Shown here: one piece after another, positions 27,438 through 35,339 of the stretch
How positions within the stretch are numbered: position 1 is the stretch's first letter
Layout: the number at the start of each line of letters is the position of its first letter
Assembly (NCBI GenBank): GCA_965659915.1
Contig: CBFHYB010000002.1
Coordinates: 1-40,097 of the forward strand
Reading direction: 5' to 3'
Length of the DNA stretch: 40,097 bases
Source of the DNA: Candidatus Thalassarchaeaceae archaeon
GTDB lineage: Archaea; Thermoplasmatota; Poseidoniia; Poseidoniales; Thalassarchaeaceae
Program-made: the position numbers and the translations under genes
Notes under the pieces: model-generated
The model's database searches: none
The model's input: the letters and a program-made list of their open reading frames with translations, nothing else
Told to the model about the DNA's origin: nothing

Positions 27438-29879
27438 TCACTCTAACTCGGCTTCCAAAAGTTCGTCTTTCGGACCGATTATTCCAGCCTTCCTGAATAA
27501 CATATAGATACCTAAACCTAACAATAAATTCATCCCTAAAAATGAGGCGAATCTAGCATAAGGATACCAACCAAGGTCGCCCAGTACCTGTTCCTCCATG
27601 ACTGGATTTCCATCTGGATCCAAAACAGGAGTTTCATCAATTAATATTGGCACAGATTCCCCTGTTGGAAGTTCATCCACAACGGCAAATACAGCACTCT
27701 CTACACCAAGGAAGGCTTCGCCAGTCAACATACCTGCGGCAAGCATAAACGTGCCAAGTAACATGATTGCCCGAGTTCTTTCAGCTTCTTTATTGCCCTC
27801 TTCTTCACGGATTTTATCAATCTTTGGAGCCAGCCTCTTTGCCTCCCACCAATCTCTCAAACCGCCACCGATTAACATCGGGAAAGTAGCCAAAGTAGGT
27901 AGATACATACCTAATCCAAAGGATGTACCCATACCAGTAGCCCATTCAATGAAACAGCCAAGCAAGAAACCCAATCCTAATGCATAGAGATTGCCTTCAT
28001 TCTCTGCCAATAAAATTGTGAAAGTAGCGAATGCATTTGCTTGTGGAGCAAGTAAATCAATGCGGCCATCTGCAAGCATCTTTGAAAGGAAAATTGCAAC
28101 ACCTGCGCCAAGGATTGCACCTGGAACAACACCCATGATATTTCCTTTTGAAATATGATAAGGGCGGTTTCCAATGTAAAGGCTGTTTTTGTAATCTCCA
28201 ACTACAGTCCCAGACATCGAGATTGCAGAACCAAACACTGTGGTTCCGACAAGACCCAACAAGATTGCTTCCTCTTTAGTCAGACCAAAAGTATCTTTTA
28301 AATTTAGGAATAATCCCAGCAACCCAAGTAAAACAATGAAAGAAGTACCACTTACAGGTTCAATCCCTGTTTCACCCATGACACGCACCGCAATAGCACC
28401 AAGTAAGAAGGTTGCAACGCCCACGATTATTGCGAATAGAAGGCTTGGAATTAGTGGGAAGCCACCAATTGTAAAGATGAAAGTCATTGCAAAGAAAGAG
28501 ATAATGATGAATATTGGAAGATGGTAAAGAGGCCATTCATACCATCCCTTTTCTTCCATGTATTCTGCACCTTGTTCTCCTTTGAACGCGTTTTTAATGT
28601 CACCAAAAATATTGACAAAAGTTGGAGCCATCTTAGCCAAACCAAGGAATCCACCGCCAAGAATCGCACCAATAGCAATCACTCTAATCAGCGTAGAATA
28701 TACTTTCATCTGAACCAATGGAGTGTATGGTACTGTTTCTGGATTACCAAAATCTGAAAGTTTGAAGTATGCACCAAGATTAGCATCGTATACCGGTACA
28801 TCAAGACCGACTGCAAGAGGTACAAGGTAAAACCATGCAACAAGGGTCCCTAGGTTAACTAAAATTGCAACCCTTAATCGCATGAACCAACCAATTGCGA
28901 AAAGGGTAGGAGACATTTCAATTCCCAGATATGTGTACTCAAATGGATTGAATTTATCAGCATCGTAATGAGTAATGCCATTTGATACACCCTCCCAAGT
29001 ACCGTGCTCACCTTCTACAGTCTTAATCCCGGCCGGTTGGTGAATTGCATGATGGCTGAAAATAGATGAAAGTGCTGTGCCAGCAAAAGTCAACTTTTGC
29101 GCTATTACGTCAAATAACGACGCAGAAACTCCGTCGAGATGTCGTTTCCAAGATAGTGGATAATCAATAATGAACATAAACAACATTGTGGCAACAGTAG
29201 ATTTCCCTACTGTCTTGAGCGACTCCTTCGCTTGATCCGCTGCACCACTAGACACATCACAAGCAATATCAAGTAAAACAAGAGTAGCTTCAAACCCTGG
29301 CATTGGTAATGGGTCTTCTACTAACCAAACTCTTCTAAATATGATAAAATACATTACACCTAAGAATCCAGCAAACATGGATGCAATTATTCCGATAAAG
29401 GCCAACTGGAAGGTATCAACACTACTTATCAGGTGACCTCCACCCACTTCATAATTTGGACTATAGGCTAACAAAAATATTGCAGGGAATGTGAATATGA
29501 ATCCAGTAGATGCGTGTGTCGCACCTGTGGTTGCACTGGTTGCAATATTAACCTCAGAGGGAGACCAACGAAGAGCCATCCCCAATAGGTAAGCAATGTA
29601 CCAAGCCGCAGATACTGCTAATCCAATTTTCAAGCCGATGTACGCTGTAACTCCGCTGAAAACCGCACCAATCAAAATTCCGATGAGCACTTTTCCAAGT
29701 GACCAGTGACTTACTTCAAAGGCCTCTTCAAGATTTTTCTCCTCAAGATATTGTTCTAGAACACCAGTGTTGAGATTCTTATACATCTCTTGGTCAAGCC
29801 ATGTTAGAGTCCCATCCTCAATGGCCTTCAAACCTTCAGCTGTAACCGGCTGGCGGTATGCTGAGCGTTTTACTGACAT
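27438..29879 (-). CDS. OPT-family (oligopeptide transporter superfamily) membrane transporter
   Basis: 813 aa and highly polytopic. The N-terminal region LGKVLIGILIGAVFSGVTAYIGLKIGLAVSAAWYIA...TGATHASTGFIFTFPA resembles the OPT-family opening (elT.r.i.G....v...aN.YlGLK.G.t.sas). SD-like GGAGCGGAGG lies upstream. Confidence 0.72.
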   Translation of the reverse strand: MSVKRSAYRQPVTAEGLKAIEDGTLTWLDQEMYKNLNTGVLEQYLEEKNLEEAFEVSHWSLGKVLIGILIGAVFSGVTAYIGLKIGLAVSAAWYIAYLLGMALRWSPSEVNIATSATTGATHASTGFIFTFPAIFLLAYSPNYEVGGGHLISSVDTFQLAFIGIIASMFAGFLGVMYFIIFRRVWLVEDPLPMPGFEATLVLLDIACDVSSGAADQAKESLKTVGKSTVATMLFMFIIDYPLSWKRHLDGVSASLFDVIAQKLTFAGTALSSIFSHHAIHQPAGIKTVEGEHGTWEGVSNGITHYDADKFNPFEYTYLGIEMSPTLFAIGWFMRLRVAILVNLGTLVAWFYLVPLAVGLDVPVYDANLGAYFKLSDFGNPETVPYTPLVQMKVYSTLIRVIAIGAILGGGFLGLAKMAPTFVNIFGDIKNAFKGEQGAEYMEEKGWYEWPLYHLPIFIIISFFAMTFIFTIGGFPLIPSLLFAIIVGVATFLLGAIAVRVMGETGIEPVSGTSFIVLLGLLGLFLNLKDTFGLTKEEAILLGLVGTTVFGSAISMSGTVVGDYKNSLYIGNRPYHISKGNIMGVVPGAILGAGVAIFLSKMLADGRIDLLAPQANAFATFTILLAENEGNLYALGLGFLLGCFIEWATGMGTSFGLGMYLPTLATFPMLIGGGLRDWWEAKRLAPKIDKIREEEGNKEAERTRAIMLLGTFMLAAGMLTGEAFLGVESAVFAVVDELPTGESVPILIDETPVLDPDGNPVMEEQVLGDLGWYPYARFASFLGMNLLLGLGIYMLFRKAGIIGPKDELLEAELE

Positions 29880-29904
29880 ATCGTTACCTCCGCTCCGTAT
29901 ACAT

Positions 29905-29924
29905 GGTGGTCGAACCCGACCACC
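29905..29924 (-). terminator. Perfect 8-bp hairpin (ggtggtcg-aacc-cgaccacc) between the aIF5A stop and the OPT start, next to a T-rich tract on the coding strand
   Basis: Read directly from the sequence: 29905..29912 pairs with 29917..29924 around a 4-nt loop. On the minus strand the aIF5A stop is followed by ggctttcttcttttt (complement of ~29941..29955) and then the hairpin. The T-run is compatible with archaeal oligo-T termination. Function is unproven. Confidence 0.3.
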
Positions 29925-29956
29925 TTCAAATCAATTCCTCTAAAAAGAAGAAAGCC

Positions 29957-30382
29957 TCAATGGTCACGAATGATTCTGAATCGACCTAATGCTTCCATCC
30001 ACATGATTTCTCCGCCAGATTCAATGTTCAATCCATCTTCCATAGGTAGAACCATCATTTCGAAAGTTTTTGCGTCCATTGCGTGAACATCCGCTCCTTG
30101 AATATGAGTAACTGTTGCCGAACCCTTCTCAATGATAGGAACACTAATTTTGTCAGTTACTGTACCAACATGGCTTCTTTTTGAGCCAGTAAAAAGATCT
30201 TCTAAATCAAGTCTAGCCTTTGCACTTCCATGCTTCCCTGGCTTCGACTTTGAAATCTTAAGAATCTTGTACGCACTATCATCAACAGCACAGTAACGCC
30301 CAACTTTCAATGTCCTAATTTCAACCTTCTCTGTACCTGCCACAACTATCCCAACGGGCACCCCGAAGTGCTCTCTTATCAT
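29957..30382 (-). CDS. eif5a: Translation initiation factor 5A (aIF5A)
   Basis: ISKSKPGKHGSAKARL is the hypusine-site loop (the K in GKHG). An SH3-like N-domain and OB-like C-domain follow. The ATG at 30382 gives 141 aa; the longer ORF to 30505 would overlap the hbd 3' end. Confidence 0.92.
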   Translation of the reverse strand: MIREHFGVPVGIVVAGTEKVEIRTLKVGRYCAVDDSAYKILKISKSKPGKHGSAKARLDLEDLFTGSKRSHVGTVTDKISVPIIEKGSATVTHIQGADVHAMDAKTFEMMVLPMEDGLNIESGGEIMWMEALGRFRIIRDH

Positions 30383-30455
30383 AATTGCCTCATGTGAGAG
30401 CAAATATGAGTATGATGAGGTAAACAACACCCATACGAAAAAAAGATTATCGTCA

Positions 30456-31313
30456 TTAATACGAGTAAAAACCTTGACCAGATTTACGGCCAAGTTTTCC
30501 TTCACCTACCATAAGAACGAGCAAAGGCGCAGGTGCATATTTGGACTCGTGTTCTGCATCTAAACCACTGTGTAGCACGTTCATGATGTGCAATACCGTG
30601 TCGAGACCAATGAGATCAGCCAGCGCCAATGGCCCGATTGGATGATTCATCCCTAGTTTCATGATTCCGTCAATAGCGGCTGGCTCAGCGACACCATCTT
30701 GTAGAGTCAAGATTGCTTCATTAATCATGGGGCAAAGAATTCGATTAGAGACAAATCCCGGTGAATCATTGCAACATAGTGCCGTTTTCCCCATTTTTTC
30801 ACTGGCATCAATGACAGCACCAGTGACATCGGAATCAGTTTCGGAACCATTGATAATTTCAACGAGTTTCATAATCGGTACTGGGTTCATGAAATGCATG
30901 CCGATGACTTTGTTGGGGCGGGATGTTGCGGCAGCTATGTCATTGATGCTGATACTACTCGTATTACTCGCTAGAATGGTGGAGGGTTTGCAGATTTCAT
31001 CTAGTTCTGCGAATGTGGAGAATTTCAATTCGGGGATTTCCGGAATCGCCTCCACAACGAGATCAGCATCGGCAGCAGAACTGCGTTCAGTTGAGCCGGT
31101 GATTCGAGAAAGTGCTGCGTTAGCATCATCGCTGGTCATCCTCTCTTTGGAGACTAGTTTCTCAAGTGATTTCTCAATGCTTTCCAACCCTCTGTCTACA
31201 AAATCTTGTTTGATATCTATCATAACCACTTGATAACCAGCACATGCTGCAACCTGTGTGATACCATTTCCCATCTGACCGGCACCTAAAACCGCTATCT
31301 TCGCAATCTCCAT
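30456..31313 (-). CDS. hbd: 3-hydroxybutyryl-CoA / 3-hydroxyacyl-CoA dehydrogenase
   Basis: IAVLGAGQMGNGITQVAA (Rossmann), NTSSISI, GMHFMNPVP, PGFVSNRIL, HPIGPL and a GRKSGQGFYSY C-terminus. Confidence 0.9.
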   Translation of the reverse strand: MEIAKIAVLGAGQMGNGITQVAACAGYQVVMIDIKQDFVDRGLESIEKSLEKLVSKERMTSDDANAALSRITGSTERSSAADADLVVEAIPEIPELKFSTFAELDEICKPSTILASNTSSISINDIAAATSRPNKVIGMHFMNPVPIMKLVEIINGSETDSDVTGAVIDASEKMGKTALCCNDSPGFVSNRILCPMINEAILTLQDGVAEPAAIDGIMKLGMNHPIGPLALADLIGLDTVLHIMNVLHSGLDAEHESKYAPAPLLVLMVGEGKLGRKSGQGFYSY

Positions 31314-31350
31314 GGTTACTCGAAAGAGGAGTTATTGATAGCGGTTGGCA

Positions 31351-34300
31351 TTATTCCCATTGAGCCCAGTAGCCACTTTCATCTCGGAACCACCAGACAT
31401 CACTTTGTTCCGGCCATTCTAGCCATTCAAATCCATCATCCCCGACAGCACCTTGGATTTCCCAATTTGGCGGCTCTAGAGACTCAGCACTCATTGTTGA
31501 TTCAACTCCCATTGATTGTTTTGAACGTCCTGCTGATTTCTTCTTCGGCTTTTTCTGCTTCATCACAATTGCAACAACTAAACCAATAATACCAGAAGTA
31601 ACTAAGAACATAATTACAATTAGCATTATCGGGAGACCACCATCAGATGAATCTGAATTACCATAATCTAAAATTGTACCTTGCTTAACAGGACAACCTG
31701 GATCAGGGTATGCAGAATCAGAGGCGTTTAATGGGCACTTATCCCCAATTCTAGCACCAGCAACGTATTTCCCAGGCCAATCAGATTCACGGGAAGCGGT
31801 CCAAGCGGGATTGTCATAATTATCATAATAACCATCCTCATCCCAATCAGACCATTGGGTTGCTTCGTTTTTCCAAGCGTCAGCCCCATCAGATAGCCCC
31901 CATCCGCCACCGGGGTCACTATACCCATCACCATCTGTATCTATGCATCCTATACGATCTTCAGTTGAAGTACCGTGTATTTGTGGACAAGCGTCACCAT
32001 CTGTCCCATTGGGGTTATCACCAAAACCATCACCATCACTATCTGCTGATTGTGTTGCATCATCTTTGTAAATCCCACCAGGACCGTCTATTGTGTTGTA
32101 GACACCATCACCATCATCATCACTTTCCGCTTCTGAACAACCATTCATTTTCACAAAAGCAGCTTGTTCGATAGGAGTTGAGGGACATTGATCAATATCA
32201 TCCATAACGCCGTCTGAATCTGAATCTCTCTCCGATGGCCCACAACCTTCCGCGTCAACATAAGGCACCTCAAATAGTGGTGTTTCTACACATTGGTCAG
32301 GACTAGCCCCCGCCCAATTATCACCATAACCATCGGTATCGGTATCCAACCATTGTGTCACCTCATTTGGAAACATGTCAGCCGAATTTGAATATCCGTC
32401 TCCATCATCATCAGGGCAACCTACGCTATCAATAGTTGAGGTTCCTGCAGCATCTGGGCAGTCATCGCTTGCTTGCCCTATATCATTGTCACCAAATCCA
32501 TCTCCGTCACGATCCGACCATTGAGTGATATCATCATCAAACGCATCACCATTTTGAATTCTCAATCCGTTTTCGTCAAGGGTATAGGTATAGTTATCAC
32601 CATATCCATCATTATCACTATCTACCCACTGTGTTACATCTGTAGGGAAGCGATCAGCGCCATCAGAAATACTCCAATCACCATCCTCATCCGACCAACC
32701 ATCTCCATCTGAATCTGTACAGCCAAATCGATCATTTGTTGAGTTACCAGCAAATATTGGACAATCATCTGCGTTCAGACCAGAACTATTGTCACCAAAC
32801 CCATCACCATCACCATCAGCCCATTGAGTTGAATCTGAGGGGAAGGCATCTGCTGAATTAGCCCAACCATCCCCATCGTCATCTAAGCAACCAATAACAG
32901 GCCACAAGGAGGAACCGCTGACATTTATACAATCATCTTCATTGTTGAAATACCCATCTCCATCGGTATCAATTTGATGTGCGGCGCAGCCATTTTCATC
33001 TACTATCCAACCAGTCCAAGTATCGGGACATTGATCATTCCCATCCCAAATACCATCACCATCAGCATCAGGAAGAAGATGGGTGGCATCTACACCGATT
33101 CTCTCCCATGATTGGACTCTAGCCAAAACGCTGAGACGGACAAAACCCATGGCATCCCATTCGTCTTGAGCATCTGCAGTTAACAACCAATTTAATAGTG
33201 AAAACTTGTCATCCAACTCGGCATAGTTGATGATGAATTTGTAATCAGATTGAGCGGGATAAATCCCCTCTGAACTATTATTGTAAGAAGGTAGCACAGC
33301 AACTCCTCCGGCAGCAACATGATCCTTAGCACTATGAGTCCAATTATCAGCAATTGGAACCGTCCAAATTCCCGAGTAATTGTCTGCAGCCCTCATCTCA
33401 GTAAATCCAAGAGCCTCGTCATTCTGTTGAACAGCGAAAAGAATGTCAGTCCTTGATTCTTCATTGAATCTATATCTGTTGTTAGTACTCGCGAAGAAAT
33501 TCTCAGCAAATTGGCAACCAGCACAGGTTAACAGTTGTTCAGCCATAATAGGAACCGAACGGTTGTCCCATCGACCAAAAACGTGAACGCCTTCATTTGG
33601 ACATGAGGGGTCAAGATCAATCCATTCCTTCACGCCGTTACCATCATCATTCGGTGCGATGCTTTGCAAATTCATGCCTGGAGCCCAACCCGGCTGAGTA
33701 AGTGTTGAAACACTTGCGCCCGACATAAGCCACCTTAATTGCCCCATGGAAAGTCCACCTATGGCTTTCAGGCACGCCTCAGCAACTCCACCTGCTTGGA
33801 CAAAGAATGATGCCGGCATCCTGCCAACAGGAACCTCTAGTAACTGTGTACCTGTAGAGGTACAATTGAGCAATCCAGATGTAGAATAGTTGGCTAAGGG
33901 TGAAGCAAGTTGGTTTGCAGTACTGAAATTGACACCAATTATATTTCCTGCGTTTGAATTACAGAGTTCTTGTGTCATTTGAAGTATAGTAGAATTATAT
34001 TGTGCGAGAGGTCGCCCGTCTCCAATCCAATTACTGCGCCATCGGTTTTCCATCAACTGGGATGTTACATCCCCTTTCAACTGAAGGAAGCCCTCGGGAA
34101 GAATGTAGACTGTTGCTCGTCCTCGCTTCTGAGCAAAAGCAATTTTAGTGCTATCTGGAGACCATTCCACTGCCCTGACTCCACGGCTGTTACCGCTGTT
34201 TCCAAAAGAGCCAACTCTAGCGATATCCGAGTAGTTGGACAGATTTCCCGCATTATCGGGACTCAAATACACACGAGCCTCGTTATCATCACCTGCAACA

Positions 34301-35331
34301 ATGAAGAATGCCCCGTTGGGAGAGAATGAGATTGAGTATACGTCACGAGAACTATCTTGGAAACCAATTACGTGCGATGCATTTGTGACATTGTAAATAT
34401 TGACACGATTATCAAATCCACCAGTCAGCAACCAGCGACCATCTGGGCTGAATGTGGTGCCGAGAGCATGGGAGCCAGTATGATTGGCGAATTCCATGTA
34501 TTTTGTACCGTTGTTAGTCCAGAAGACTTTCAGTTCTCCACCCGCTGCCAAACCCGCGATTAAACGATCATCTGGGCTGGCATCAATGCTCCAAATAGTA
34601 TCCCCTGGAGCAAATGAATAATTCCTCACCATTGCCCAATTATTTGATGAAAATTGGCGAAGTTCGCCTTCGCCGCTACCGGTAAACAGGTAGGAACCAT
34701 TGGATGACCAAGTAACGCTAGGTACGTCATCATAGTGATAGCTGCTCAAGTTGGCAAGAACTGTTGCAGATTTGTTCGCCCAATTCATCTGCAAAACCAC
34801 AATTTGGGACATATTATCTCCATCGTTGAAATAAGCACCTGCTGCTAGAAGGGAGCCATCAGGTGAGAAAGCTAATGACCGAATATATTCGTCAGGAAAT
34901 GAGAACAAGGTTGCAATAGTCAAGCCATTTGCTGTGTATAGATTGACATCGCTTCCGCCGCCCACCGCCAAATGAATTGAATCTGGAGCCCATGACACTG
35001 CTCTTGAACTCCCATCACTAGCATACAGAGCTCTCATTGAATCGTCCCAATCATTGAGTTGAGGATTGGCAAAATCAGGATCTCCATTACCATCATTATC
35101 AGGGCAACCAGAGTAAACAGTGGTACTATTTCCCCAAGCAAAAGGACAATCATCTAAAGTATCATCAATGCCATCGTTGTCACCATCTAAAGCAGACACC
35201 ATTGCTGAATTGAAAATAGTGGTTAGAAGTAAAATCGAGGTAATGAATAGGGATGTCCTAATACCTCTCATAAAATATCCTCTTATTCTCAACATTTGAT
35301 GTTTTTGTTCTCTTGATTTGCACCGTTTCAT
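31351..35331 (-). CDS. Giant type-I membrane surface protein: signal peptide, TSP3-like Ca-binding repeats, 7-blade WD40/PD40-like propeller, PBP-like region, TSP3 repeat array, TM, Trp-rich tail
   Basis: The signal-peptide-like MRGIRTSLFITSILLLTTIFNSAMVSA suggests a possible true start at the ATG 35271 or 35295. Seven blade-like motifs are present: WAPDSIHLAVGG, FSPDGSLLAAG, WSSNGSYLFTGS, ASPDDRLIAGL, FSPDGRWLLTGG, FSPNGAFFIVAG and WSPDSTKIAFA. There are 14 DxDxDG cores between aa 755 and 1167. The TM is LPIMLIVIMFLVTSGIIGLVVAIVM, followed by KQKKPKKK. Confidence 0.85.
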   Translation of the reverse strand: MKRCKSREQKHQMLRIRGYFMRGIRTSLFITSILLLTTIFNSAMVSALDGDNDGIDDTLDDCPFAWGNSTTVYSGCPDNDGNGDPDFANPQLNDWDDSMRALYASDGSSRAVSWAPDSIHLAVGGGSDVNLYTANGLTIATLFSFPDEYIRSLAFSPDGSLLAAGAYFNDGDNMSQIVVLQMNWANKSATVLANLSSYHYDDVPSVTWSSNGSYLFTGSGEGELRQFSSNNWAMVRNYSFAPGDTIWSIDASPDDRLIAGLAAGGELKVFWTNNGTKYMEFANHTGSHALGTTFSPDGRWLLTGGFDNRVNIYNVTNASHVIGFQDSSRDVYSISFSPNGAFFIVAGDDNEARVYLSPDNAGNLSNYSDIARVGSFGNSGNSRGVRAVEWSPDSTKIAFAQKRGRATVYILPEGFLQLKGDVTSQLMENRWRSNWIGDGRPLAQYNSTILQMTQELCNSNAGNIIGVNFSTANQLASPLANYSTSGLLNCTSTGTQLLEVPVGRMPASFFVQAGGVAEACLKAIGGLSMGQLRWLMSGASVSTLTQPGWAPGMNLQSIAPNDDGNGVKEWIDLDPSCPNEGVHVFGRWDNRSVPIMAEQLLTCAGCQFAENFFASTNNRYRFNEESRTDILFAVQQNDEALGFTEMRAADNYSGIWTVPIADNWTHSAKDHVAAGGVAVLPSYNNSSEGIYPAQSDYKFIINYAELDDKFSLLNWLLTADAQDEWDAMGFVRLSVLARVQSWERIGVDATHLLPDADGDGIWDGNDQCPDTWTGWIVDENGCAAHQIDTDGDGYFNNEDDCINVSGSSLWPVIGCLDDDGDGWANSADAFPSDSTQWADGDGDGFGDNSSGLNADDCPIFAGNSTNDRFGCTDSDGDGWSDEDGDWSISDGADRFPTDVTQWVDSDNDGYGDNYTYTLDENGLRIQNGDAFDDDITQWSDRDGDGFGDNDIGQASDDCPDAAGTSTIDSVGCPDDDGDGYSNSADMFPNEVTQWLDTDTDGYGDNWAGASPDQCVETPLFEVPYVDAEGCGPSERDSDSDGVMDDIDQCPSTPIEQAAFVKMNGCSEAESDDDGDGVYNTIDGPGGIYKDDATQSADSDGDGFGDNPNGTDGDACPQIHGTSTEDRIGCIDTDGDGYSDPGGGWGLSDGADAWKNEATQWSDWDEDGYYDNYDNPAWTASRESDWPGKYVAGARIGDKCPLNASDSAYPDPGCPVKQGTILDYGNSDSSDGGLPIMLIVIMFLVTSGIIGLVVAIVMKQKKPKKKSAGRSKQSMGVESTMSAESLEPPNWEIQGAVGDDGFEWLEWPEQSDVWWFRDESGYWAQWE
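31822..33069 (-). repeat. In-frame array of thrombospondin type-3-like Ca-binding repeats (DxDxDGxxDxxD) inside the 1326-aa protein
   Basis: By-eye list of cores: DADGDG, DTDGDG, DDDGDG, DGDGDG, DSDGDG, DSDNDG, DRDGDG, DDDGDG, DTDTDG, DSDSDG, DDDGDG, DSDGDG, DTDGDG, DWDEDG. They are organised into about four longer Cys-containing super-repeats. Confidence 0.8.
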
Positions 35332-35339
35332 GTTTTTTC

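Noticed and set aside
29905-29924. A GGTTCGA (T-loop-like) string on the minus strand of the hairpin suggested a tRNA fragment.
   Set aside because: No acceptor, D or anticodon arms can be built from the flanking sequence. It is a simple 8-bp hairpin and is reported only as a possible terminator or structure.
30383-30505. N-terminal extensions of the longest ORFs: aIF5A to 30505, tiaS to 6635, purB from 2706, dph6 from 1877, trkA to 20984, the TGase-like gene to 22611, and gmhA to 7848.
   Set aside because: The extensions overlap neighbouring genes, start at TTG/GTG, or precede a family-typical N-terminus that begins at an internal ATG, often with an SD-like motif. Internal starts were adopted.
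31860-32174. His-rich 104-aa plus-strand ORF (HHHHHH runs).
   Set aside because: It is the antisense reading of the Asp/Gly-rich TSP3 repeat DNA (gat/gac read as atc/gtc and shifted frames). It is a compositional artefact, not a gene.
35332-35339. Possible read-through or frameshift fusion of the two giant ORFs, whose stop and start are only 8 nt apart.
   Set aside because: The two ORFs are in different frames. The downstream one begins with its own signal-peptide-like sequence, and the upstream one ends after a complete TM plus tail. They are best treated as separate genes.
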